A stretch of 64,000 bases of DNA from Eledone cirrhosa (lineage: Eukaryota): contig OZ024742.1 of NCBI GenBank assembly GCA_964016885.1, forward strand, positions 61,256,001 to 61,320,000. The letters are read 5' to 3'. Below, piece after piece: positions 52,711 through 64,000 of this stretch (position 1 is the first letter of the stretch; each line of letters opens with the position of its first letter). The notes below the pieces were generated by a model. The model had not been told where the DNA came from and ran no database searches. It worked only from the letters and a program-made list of their open reading frames with translations. The translations under genes and the position numbers were made by a program.

Positions 52711-54560
52711 GACAGTCGATCAATGAAATCAGTGTTTCCTCCGTCAAATCGGACGTGTGTAGGAAAATGATTCCGTTAGTAGAAATGGGGGAGGGAATTA
52801 TGTGTGTGTGGGGTGTGTGGTTAGCATTTTAAGGTGTTAGAGTTTTAACGTATGTTAAGGTTTATTTAGTTCTGGTTTTTATTTTTTAAAGTAGAAGATG
52901 TTATGTGTATGTGTATGTATTTGTCTGTTTGGATAGTTAGCATGTTATGTAGTTGACATAATGTATATTAAACTATATTTAATTCTGGTCTATATTTTTT
53001 AATAAACATGTTTTCTTTATTTATTCGTATTTGTTCTGTTGTATTGTCAGCGCAAAGTTAAAATGGGAAGACTTGGAATTTGGGTGTCTTATTACTTGCT
53101 CATATGTCTAGATGTGCACTGAGTGGTATCTGTCTCGTGGTTGGATCTCGTAATTATTGGCGATGAACTGTCATTCTGTTTCTAAGTGCGAGTTTAGTTT
53201 GTCCTATATAATCTTTTTTGCATCCTTTACATTTAATGGCATAAAGTAGAATTTTTTGGATGAGCAAGTGAAGTGATTTTTTACAGCAAAATGTTGTCCT
53301 GATTGAAATGTATACAGGTTGCCTTCAATGAGGTGAGTGCAGGTTCCACAATTAGAGCGACCACATTTTTTGACAGTTGGTTGTAGGTTTGTGGTAGGTA
53401 ATTTTGCATTGGTGAGTAATGTTTTTAGTGATTTCGGTTGTCTTTTGCTTTTGATTAGTTTGTGTTTCAAGGGCTTTTTTCATTCTTGGGTCTTCTTTCA
53501 GTAGTGGGATGTTCTTGTGAATAGTGTTGTAAGCTTCCGCATTTCTTGGGTTGTGTGTTGAGATATATGATAGCATTTTGGACGTACCTTGAATTTGTTT
53601 CTGTTTTCGTAATTCATCAATGCCTATTGCTTTAGCCCTTTCTATTCCATTATTATTAGTAATGGTGGGTACTGTAGAATTTCCTTTAATTCTTGAAGTC
53701 TTTTATTTCGCGTTTCATAATTGGAGACAATTGTGCAAATTCTTCTTGCTAGGTTAAAAGGGATGTTCGTCTTCGTGTGCTTTCGATGGTTGGAGGTGAA
53801 TAGCAGGTGTTGTTTGGAATCTGTTGGTTTGTAGTGTATGTCAGTTTCAATATTTGTGTCTTTTTTAAAGATTAAGTTGTCCAGAAATGGGAGTTGATCT
53901 TGGCTGTATTCCATTGTGAATTGGAAGTGGTTATTGATGCCGTTATTTAAATTTTTGAAATCATTTAGTTGGTGGAGTGTGTGAAACCAAAGAATGAGAC
54001 AATCATCCAAGTAGCGTTTCCAATTCTCTGATAAATATTTGTGGAAGTTCAATCGGTATTTTGATTTGGACTGTTCATATATCTGGACTTCTAAGTATGC
54101 CATGACTTAGTTGGCATAAGTTGGAGCGGCTTTTGTACCCATCGCAGTCCTCGATATTTGCTTGTAAGTACTGCCGTCGACATCCAAAAAGTTGTTCTGT
54201 AAAATAAACTTTAATCCCTTGGTGATAAAGCTTTTTTTCTATTCAGTCAGGTATCTCATTGGATATTTCTCTAGCCAGAATCCTATTGCTTCTAATCCGT
54301 ATTGGTGTGGGATCGTTGTGTAGAGACTCACTACAACGAAAGACACAATAATAGTGTCGTTGTTGACATGTTTGGGGAGGTGGTTTAAGAGGTCCAGATC
54401 GTCTATTACAAGGCTTGGTATGTGTTTGAGAATTGGTTTTAGTAGTATGTCTATAAAGTTGCTTAGTCAGTGTGTTTCACATTGTGGGGCCGCTACAATT
54501 GGTCATAATTTAAGGTATGTGGGTTATTGTGTGTTCACGCAGGTTGAGATGTTAGAGACT
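52710..54560 (-). mobile_element. Decayed Penelope-like element (RT + GIY-YIG)
   Basis: WKRYLDDC, LPFLD, YKPTDSKQHL, NIPFNLARRICTIV, CGRSNCGTC, RMTVHRQ; many frameshifts. Confidence 0.9.
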
Positions 54561-54954
54561 TAAAGTATACTCTCTTGATAATGGGTTTTTAAACCCGAAA
54601 ATATTTGGGATTATTAAATTTGCTAAGGTAAGATTCTCTTGGTATCTTGACAATTTTAATTTTCCAGTGCATTGTATGATTCTTCAAAATTATATAAATG
54701 TGTGTTTCCTATTCTACAATGTTTCAAGCAAACTAGAACACTGTTATATATATTTATATAATCGGGTGAAACCATAGTTAAAGAGGTTAAATGATGTTTG
54801 TGTTATCTTATGTTGACCATTTTCTTTCTTTGCTCCTTTCTTCCTATCACTTCTGCGGGCCAACACATTTCTAGCTGCGGATCTCTCATCTTTGAAGTAA
54901 ATTTTACCTGACGATGTCAAAGATGGCATTTGCTGTTTTAACAGCTCTCTTGCG

Positions 54955-55570
54955 TTGAGTTCTTCTCCGAGGTTAACTTTGCCTTTCATCCTTACAGGGT
55001 CGATAAAATAAAGTACCAGTAATACACTGGTATAATTGGCCTTGTGCCAAAAGTAGAAACAATTATTCTATGAATTCTAATACACTCGCTCTCCAACACG
55101 TTCTTCGAGAAAGAGAATACATTGATATATAAGTCTGTGTACATGTGTGTGTGAAGGTGCAAGGCTTAGTGATTAGAGTGGTGAACAAGACACATTATTT
55201 CATGGCAGTATCGGTAAAGAGTCGGACGCCATGCTTTGCATCAAAGAGTTACGGCCCTTTATAATCTGAGTTCAAATCCCGCCGAGGTTAACTTTGCCTT
55301 TCATCCTTACGGGGTCGATAAAATAAAGTACCAGTAATGCACTGGGTAATTGCTGGCCTTGTGCCAAAAGTAGAAACAATTATTTCATTTGGCAGTATCG
55401 GTAGAGGGTTGGATGCCATGCTTTCTAGCATAGTTACGTCCCTTTACAGTCTGAGTTCAAATCCCGCTGAGGTTCACTTTGCCTTTCATCCTTACGGGGT
55501 CGATAAAATAAAGTACCAGTAATGTACTGGGTAATTGCTGGTCTTGTGCCAAAAAATATAAACAATTATT
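54955..55570 (+). mobile_element. Cluster of three SINE copies (54955-55067, 55203-55385, 55389-55570)
   Basis: Repeated family core ending CCAAAAGTAGAAACAATTATT; last two head-to-tail. Confidence 0.85.
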
Positions 55571-55972
55571 TCACTCTGTTCCAGTTCCCTCAGCTGAGTT
55601 GCGACGCGACTGGTGTTTAGCTTCACCCTTGGACATCATCGTTGGCATGAAGAAGATGCAACTGACTTGCATAGGCGTCAGTTGCTCTTTCACAAACAAC
55701 TTTTCCCGATCTTATGCCTCGGATGGAAATTCTTTGGTTCAAATGCTCTGATCATTCATTATTAATCTACTATATTTTACTTTAATAGCACCGACTAGTT
55801 CTTTGTCTTTTTTCAGATAACTAACAAATAAGTCATCATTTCTTTGACAGGTACATTTAATTTCTCACTCAGTGAATTTGAACAATTCTTTGATTACGTC
55901 GATCTGTAAACCTGTTGTCTATAAACCTGTTGTCTGAAGGTCGGGATAATCATGACTGGGAGCGGGGACACA

Positions 55973-56022
<50 letters not shown>

Positions 56023-56029
56023 CCAATAT

Positions 56030-56943
56030 ATAGTTTCCTGCGTGCTGTCACCTCTCCAGTTCATTATTCACATGAGCAGGATTGACATGCGCAGCCGGGT
56101 TGGATGTGGTATCATGACTGACGTATGTAAAATCAGTCAGCTGGAATTTTAAGGTGGCATTGTGTTACTTAACCAACAGATGGTGACCTCCGACTTGTAC
56201 TTGAAATGTTTGAGGCCGATTGCTGCATTACTGGAATGGAAATTAGTTGTACGAAAGATAAAACATTTGTCCTCTCAAGGAAACCTGCAAAGTGCACTCT
56301 ACATATGAAGGGAGTACCACTGAAGCAGGTAAAGAAGTATCTCGGTGCCATGTTCTCGAGTGATGGAAAGCAGGAGGCTGAATTAAGTGCAAGAATTGCA
56401 GGAGCTAGTACAATAATGCGCCAGCTTCAGCAATCAGTAATCGGAAGAAGATAGATAGACGTAAATGCCAAACTCACTGTCATAAATTCGGTATTCGTAC
56501 CAACACATACCTATGGTCATGAATCTTGGGTAATGACCGAAAGAATACGATCGCGAAAACAAGCGGCCATAATGGGTTCCTGCTAAGGGACTTTAGAGTA
56601 AGGTTACTCGATAGAGTACGTAGCTCGGAGATCAGAGTGTCAATCAAAGTAGAACCGATATTTTTCCAAATTTAGAGATCACAGTTTCGATACTACGGGC
56701 ATGTAGTTAGAATATCTCAAGAAAGAATCGCCAGACAGATTTTACTGGCAAAACCAGTCGTCAGGTGACCTAGGTGTAAACCCCGAGAAAAATGGTTGGA
56801 TAACATCCATGAGGTTTGCTGGTGTCGCTTGGGGATCCAGCTGGATTAGTTGTAGACGATTGCTTCTGACTGGACCGGCTGGAAGGAGTGTTTGAGGACT
56901 TTTCTCGCACGAACCTCTGAGGAATAAGTGGGCGAAGAAGAAA
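56030..56943 (+). mobile_element. RTE-clade LINE 3' remnant
   Basis: KYLGAMFSSDG..ELSARIA, TYGHESWVMTE, RSQFRYYGHVVR; 3' GGAATAAGTGGGCGAAGAAG, similar tail at 34100-34128. Confidence 0.8.
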
Positions 56944-57356
56944 TATATCTCCATCCCACTCTCCACGATTATTCTAGCTCATGTTGACAAGGCAGATACA
57001 CTAGGATGCACACATAGACACACACATGCATATAAATACTCACTAAGGTAGATAACTACACACACATCCGCTCCTTAACCATAAAAACAAAACAGAATAA
57101 GACTTATATGAAAAGAATTTACAATTTGATAAATAATGTATGCCCTTATTTCGACAAACCTCAACTCTTATGATACAGCCAGTAAACCACCAAGTCCTTC
57201 GTCAATCAGACTGGGACTAGCTGTTGAAACGGCAAATGCTCAGCCGTCGGGTGCCGAATCTTTGTAATATAAGTATGCTTTACAACCCCAAGGATTGAGT
57301 ACTCTGATGAATAACTTTCTAACCAGTTTCATAGTGAATCCATCCCGATTTATACA

Positions 57357-57398
<42 letters not shown>

Positions 57399-57429
57399 GG
57401 CACACGCACACGCACACACACACACACAT

Positions 57430-57475
<46 letters not shown>

Positions 57476-57828
57476 CAAGAAATAGTAGCTAAGTCACACT
57501 GAACACGTTCCATGATAATTCCAGAAAATAAAGGCTGAACAAGAATCATACCACAATCATATCAATTACTATTTTCCTGTCACATGTTACTACAACTAAT
57601 AAGGTGTTGAACGATTAAATACATCTCGTGATATCTGAATATGAAACTTGATTCTAACTAAAACAGACGTCGATGTTATATATCGTAATTCTGCGTGTTT
57701 GTTCCAGCCTTTCGTGAAGTTCTACTACAAAAATATATGCTAGCAGCAGTAGTAGTAGTAGTATGTATGCATGTATGTATGAATATATGTATATATGTAT
57801 GTATGTATATATTTATATATGTATATAT

Positions 57829-57882
<54 letters not shown>

Positions 57883-58227
57883 CGTTTCTGAATTTGTTTA
57901 GCAAGATTCTTTATATGTATATACGATATATATATATATATATATATATATAACAAAGAATGTGTGGTAGGATATCAGGTGGACCATAACGCACCAGAGT
58001 ACTCGATACTTAGTGTAGTAGAGTGGGTAATAGGAAAAGAGTCAGGATCCCGACAGCTGAACTCCGGCCGTTTCGACAGCTAGATTTTTGGATTTTAGTC
58101 TTCAAATTTATTATTATTACTATATATATATATATATATATATATACGTGTGTATAATGGTAGCTGTGGTGCTTCCATAGGTGGTATGCCAATATTAGCA
58201 CTCAATATTAATACAGAACAGAGTGTG

Positions 58228-58914
58228 GATAGTATAAAAAAACGAAAAATCAGTGATTCATCTGGACTCAGTTTATTGCGTGTTGTTTCGCCGGCAGGTA
58301 GCCCGAGACATGATCACTGTATGGATCTGGCTGATTCTACGGCTGCAGGTTCCTTCGGACACGAGCAGTTCGTTCGGAGCAAATTTTCTCACTGAGGTGT
58401 TATCGTCAAAAAACACCTTCAAAAATCATCTTCCGCTCTTGTCATGCCATTGGCTGTTGTTATTCCACGTCATCTTAAGTTCTGGTCACTAATTACAGCT
58501 ACACGGGTCATCAGCCATTTTCCGTCCGACACACTTCAATGGAGCCCTGTTTGGTTCGGTATCTCATACATCTGTTCACACTCCAGAGTATGTACATACA
58601 CACACACACATACACACACACACGCTCAGGCACACACACATGCATGCATACACATATATACGCATACATGTGTAGACATACATACCCCCATACACATATA
58701 TACACGCACATAATGTTTTTTTGAAGGTGTTTTTTGACGATAACACGCCAGTGAGAAAATTTGCTCCGAACAAATTGCCCGTGTCCGAAGGAACCTGCAG
58801 CCGTGGAATCAGCCAGATCCATACAGTGAACATGTCTCAAGCTACCTGCCGGCGAAACAGTTGTAACACGCAATAAACTGAGTCCAGATGCATCACTGAT
58901 GTTTCATTTTTTTA

Positions 58915-58920
<6 letters not shown>
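58228..58920. mobile_element. Inverted-repeat PLE pLTR cassette (arms 58228-58424 / 58717-58918)
   Basis: ~200 bp inverted arms; right arm CGTGT-CCGAAGG..GAAAC-AGTT-GTA-ACACG-C-AATAAA. Confidence 0.75.
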
Positions 58921-58980
<60 letters not shown>

Positions 58981-59017
58981 CGTTTCTGAATTTGGCAACA
59001 TGACCCTCCCAAAGTAT

Positions 59018-59082
<65 letters not shown>

Positions 59083-59110
59083 TACATATATACGCATATA
59101 TATGTATACA

Positions 59111-59148
<38 letters not shown>

Positions 59149-59211
59149 ACATGCAGACATACACACACATACGTGTGCATGTATGTATGCATATGCATCT
59201 TTTTATGCATA

Positions 59212-59248
<37 letters not shown>

Positions 59249-59284
59249 CGTGCGTTTGCATCAGTGTGTGTGTATGTATATATG

Positions 59285-59332
<48 letters not shown>

Positions 59333-59711
59333 CATACATAGATAGATAGATAGATAGACGGATACTCAGATACATAGAGAGTACACGCTTCACTGGCCAT
59401 TCAATTGAAGAGAAAGCGAAAAAAGATCCAAGGCTTCCCGTAAGATATTCCATCATGTGTATGACATTAACACTCCTCAGTAATCAGACATAGCAACACA
59501 TCATGTACCAGTCTATTTCCTCCGCTGAGTTAATGATGGATACAAGAGTTGACGGAAGTTACGTGGAACAAGACCAATCCCAGTATTTCACATGAGTCTA
59601 TACGGCACTAATGAAACTGCAATAACCTGGTAGTGAATATATGGTAGTGAAACCAAGCCCACTTGATGAAGATATTCTTATATATATATCTATATATGTA
59701 TATGTATATGC

Positions 59712-59797
<86 letters not shown>

Positions 59798-59859
59798 GTC
59801 TCTCCATCTTACTATTATATATATACAGACATATATAAATATACAGACATATATATATA

Positions 59860-62135
59860 AAAGAATAGAGGTGTAACACACAAGTTATTATATATTGGTA
59901 AACGGAATAGAAAATGCTCACAAATTGTTCACAGTTGAAAAATGGTTTAATTAGGAATAAAAGAGTATTAGTAATTGTATGGGTTAGTATTCAGTTGTGG
60001 TTTTAAGTTTTTAAGTTTTTACCGGTTGCGCATTTCTAAATGCTTTTCAAAATTAATTTTGAGATAGAGTGTCCGTGTTGTTTGCTCTGATCTGATTAGT
60101 TTTGGGAATTCTACCTGTTTTTATGTTAAAAAAGTGGCTCCAGCGCTACTTTGGAGACAGAATTCTATATCAACTTAGCGCTCTCCACTTTGGAAAACGA
60201 AACATACTACGAAAAGGCTGAACACTACAATCAACAGAAAATTATGAGAAACCTAAAAACTCTAATCAACCAATACAAAGAAGAACTCACTAACAAGGAA
60301 TTCAGATTCATCACAGACTTTACAAGTAAATCCAGCCTTTTCTACGGTATCCCTAAAGTACATAAAAGCGAATTAATAAGTAAGGCATGCAAGGAAGCCA
60401 CAGACATAGTTATCAATGTCCCCTCACCCAATGATCTCAAATTAAGACCTATAATAGCAGGCCCCGCTTTAGAAACTCACCGCCTTAGCAACTTCATTGA
60501 TACCCTTCTCAAACCCTTTCTCAAACACATCAAAAGCTATATAAGGGACGACCTAGATATGCTCAATCACCTCCCTAATATGCCACTTTCTGAACAAACC
60601 CTACTAGTGACGTTCGATGTAGTCAACCTATACTCCAACATCCCCCACAACCTAGGAATAGAAGCTATCCAATTCTGACTGGATAATTTCCACAATGAAC
60701 TCCCACAACGCATCAAAAAAGAATTCGTGATAGAGGGACTCAAATTTATCTTGGAGGACGATTACTTCGTTTTCAATAACAAATCCTGCAGGCAGAAACC
60801 TGGGACCGCTATGGGAACGAAAACAGCCCCCACTTATGCCAACCTAGTCATGGGATACCTGGAAATCACTCTCTACACTAAAGTCCTAAACAAATTTGGA
60901 AACACCCTCCACTTACACATTGAAAGGAACTGGAAGCGATATCTAGATGACTGCTTCATCCTTTGGCACGAAAACATCGAAAAACTTAAAGAATTTCACT
61001 CACTCCCTTATAAATGGGCTCAACACAAATATTAACTTCACGATGGAATACAGCTATCAACAACTCCCCTTCCTCGACATCCTCATTAAGATCCATAACA
61101 AAAAAATAGAAACAGACATATACTACAAGCCCACAGACTCCAAGCAATATCTCCCTTTCAACTCTTGCCACCCTAGACACGTTAAAATTAATATTCCCTA
61201 CAACTTAGCCAAGAGAATCTGTACTATAGTCTCCAATAAAAACACCTGCTACTTACGGCTACAAGAACTAAAGAACACACTCATAGGCAGGGACTACCCT
61301 GCATCACTAATTGACAATGGAATCCAAGGTGCCCTAAAACTCAGTACCCAGGACCTTAGACAACCTAAAGTAAATCAACCGAAACTAAAAGCTCTTCCAT
61401 ACATCTCCACACACAACCCCCTCAACAATGAGGCCTTTGACACCATCCTCCAGAACATCTCTGTGTTGAAAAAGGACCATAGAATGAACCAAATCCTACG
61501 AACACACGATATCATAAAGGGCAAAAGACAATCCAAGTCAATGAAAAACATCCTAACACATGCCAAAGTACTGCCAACCACAACAACGAAACCCACAGTA
61601 AAAAAAATGCGATAGACCCAACTGTGGCATTTGCATCAACCTAATAGAGGGTTCTGAATTCTATTTCAAAGAAGGACAACGTTTTATAGTAAAACACAAT
61701 TTCACATGTGCATCGGAAAATCTAATATATGTATTAACTTGCTCAGGTTTATCGAGAACAATACATAGGCCAGACCAAAAACAGCCTCCACCAACGCATG
61801 ACTGTCCATAGATCCCAAATTAAAATACGGGAATACAGGAAAATACCACTGAGTGAACACATTGATACATGTGCCGCCCAAAACCATCCCAACTTCAGAA
61901 TCTTTCCCCTCTACAAATTTAAAGATAATGCCACCCACACCCAGCGCATCAGCAAGGAATCTTACTTCATTAACAAATACGGACCCCGTCTAAACACTTC
62001 TCCCTAAGACGAACCTACAACATACACACGTCAACATACATACCTACATCAGCACACATCTCTACCCACATATAAACACAATGACATACGTAAACACACA
62101 TGCTCTATGGTGCAACACAAAAAGATATATGTGTA

Positions 62136-62181
<46 letters not shown>

Positions 62182-62545
62182 ATATATGTGTATGTATATA
62201 TATATATATAGTGAATATCATTTCACACCTTTTATTGTTAAGATTTTTGATGTTCTATTAAGAGAACCGATTTTACTGAAAAAATCGAATAATGTACACC
62301 ATTTTACCAGGGGGGAAAAAAATACTGGTCCACCCACACACACACACACACACATATATATATACACACACACATACATACACACGCGTACATTAACATA
62401 CAAAGAGACTTATACACACACACACACACACACACTTCTCCGTATAAGACAAAAGCTGAAAAACATATTTTGACATGCTAAAATACCCCCCACTGCTTAC
62501 AGACACATTCCTACTGACCATCCCTGTTACCACGAATTACTCTGC

Positions 62546-62580
<35 letters not shown>

Positions 62581-63168
62581 GCACGCACGCACGCGCACAC
62601 ACTTATCTTAATAGCCATTTGACACACATCCCTGCTAACCATTATCACAACATCGAACACCTTACTACTACACACACACACACACACATATTTGTTGTGA
62701 AAGAGTCACTCCTCTGTCTTGGCGCAAAATCAATTTTTTATTCACATGACCTCTACCGACCAATTAAAATTGTTTTGACCACAAGAATTTTTGCAAACAC
62801 CAAGTAGCGCTGGAGCCACTTTTTTAACATAAAAACAGTCTTGGTGCAAAATCAATTTTTTACATTCACATGACCTCTACTGACCAATCAAAATTGTTTT
62901 GACCACAAGAATTTTTGCAACACCAAAGTAGCGCTGGAGCCACTTTTTTAACATAAAAACAGGTAGAATTCCCAAAACAAATCAGATAAGAGCAAACAAC
63001 ACGGACAAAATTATTTTTGAAAAGCATTTAGAAATGCGCAACCGGTAAAAACTTAAAAATTTAAAACCACAACTGAATACTAACCCATACAATTACTAAT
63101 ACTCTTTTATTCCTAATTAAACCATTTTTCAACTGTGAACAATTTGTCAACATTTTCTATTCTGTTTA

Positions 63169-63175
<7 letters not shown>
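59860..63175 (+). mobile_element. Penelope-like retroelement, 5'-truncated with inverted pLTR (59860-60148); RT + GIY-YIG ORF remnant 60151-62007
   Basis: FYGIPKVHK, LRPII, FDVVNLYSNIPH, GTAMGT..APTYANL, RYLDDC, CDRPNCGIC, NLIYVLTC..YIGQT; one stop and frameshifts; ~1.1 kb 3' UTR with ~120 bp tandem units. Confidence 0.93.
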
Positions 63176-63219
<44 letters not shown>

Positions 63220-63303
63220 TTCAAAGTATAACAATATATATATATATATAATATAATGAAATGACAGGAGGCTGGATTTGTGTAAATCCTTGAAAGGTTT
63301 ATT

Positions 63304-63361
63304 ATACTATGATCATTTCAATGACCGGGTTCCGTATGAATCCGGTGATATCATCAGGTAT
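63304..63361 (-). ncRNA. Type I hammerhead ribozyme at the 3' end of a probable PLE extending beyond the window
   Basis: ATAC-CTGATGA..ACCGGATTC.ATACG.GAACCCGGT..GAAAT-GATC-ATA-GTAT then AATAAA. Confidence 0.8.
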
Positions 63362-64000
63362 TCGAAATATAATACGTGAATGTAATAGGTAAAATCCATG
63401 GGGCTGAAAATCGAGACCCGAGGGCGACCGCTATTCTGTTCCTTCAACCTCAGCCGGTCGCCCTGGAGTGACGTGGCTAAATTTTACAGTATGCTACTAC
63501 CGGTCAGATGAACGAAAACAGAAAGGGGTGGGAGCATAAGTTAACGTCGATCCCATGACACAAGGTAAAAGAAAGGAAGAAAGGAAGGAGAGAGAAGAAG
63601 GGGGAAGAAAGAAGAAGAGAAGCCAGGGTTAATGTCAGCTAAAAGAGGAAGGCAACTACTACTGGTCAGATATAGGCAAGCAAGAGGGGGAAGGAAGATA
63701 AGTCTGCGGGAGGAAGACAGGAGGAGGGGAGAAGAGAAGGAAGGGAAGAGAGAAGTAGAAAAGTAAGGGTTGATGGCTACAAGAAGGAAGATAGAAAGAA
63801 AGAGGAAGAAAGGTCGATATTAATGTCAGACCACAGTCAAGCCAGGAGTGGTGCGAGAAAATTTTCACAGGGACCCGCATCTTAGCAGAGGTGAATATAT
63901 TGGGAGTCAGTGTGTTACAGTGTTTAGACTTCTAGGATGAAGTTAAAAAAATATAATCAATATTCAATATTAAAGAGGTTAGAAAATTTAAAGTTCAACA

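Noticed and set aside
54955-55570. Repeated ~180 bp units resembling a CRISPR or satellite array
   Set aside because: Head-to-tail SINE copies also dispersed elsewhere; no unique spacers; eukaryotic context
60676-60678. In-frame TGA in the PLE RT as possible selenocysteine, as in some Naiad PLEs
   Set aside because: It aligns to TGG (FWL) in the related element near 54275, the ORF also has frameshifts, and the endonuclease is C-terminal, unlike Naiads

Overview
AT-rich, microsatellite-saturated animal DNA. The SINE, RTE and Penelope repertoire suggests an octopus/cephalopod genome (inferred from recall, not verified). I found no confidently intact host gene; nearly all long ORFs in the track are translated (TA)n/(CA)n/(GA)n repeats. 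The supportable content is mobile DNA: three decayed Penelope-like elements (PLEs) with RT and C-terminal GIY-YIG, a Hydra-type GIY-YIG fragment, a Dong/R4 element in (TAA)n, an L1/Tx1 fragment, RTE and CR1 remnants, about ten tRNA-derived SINE copies, Helitron ends, a tRNA-Arg(ACG) copy and a probable 28S rRNA fragment. The main signal is about 20 hand-identified type I hammerhead ribozyme (HHR) motifs from several families. Many lie in short non-coding fold-back cassettes embedded in (TA)n, with the inversion point at or near the ribozyme's 5' edge. The multi-kb TA arrays abut the 3' ends of these cassettes. An RTE-derived short element also begins with an HDV-like ribozyme fold. All structures were paired by eye; nothing was computed or searched.
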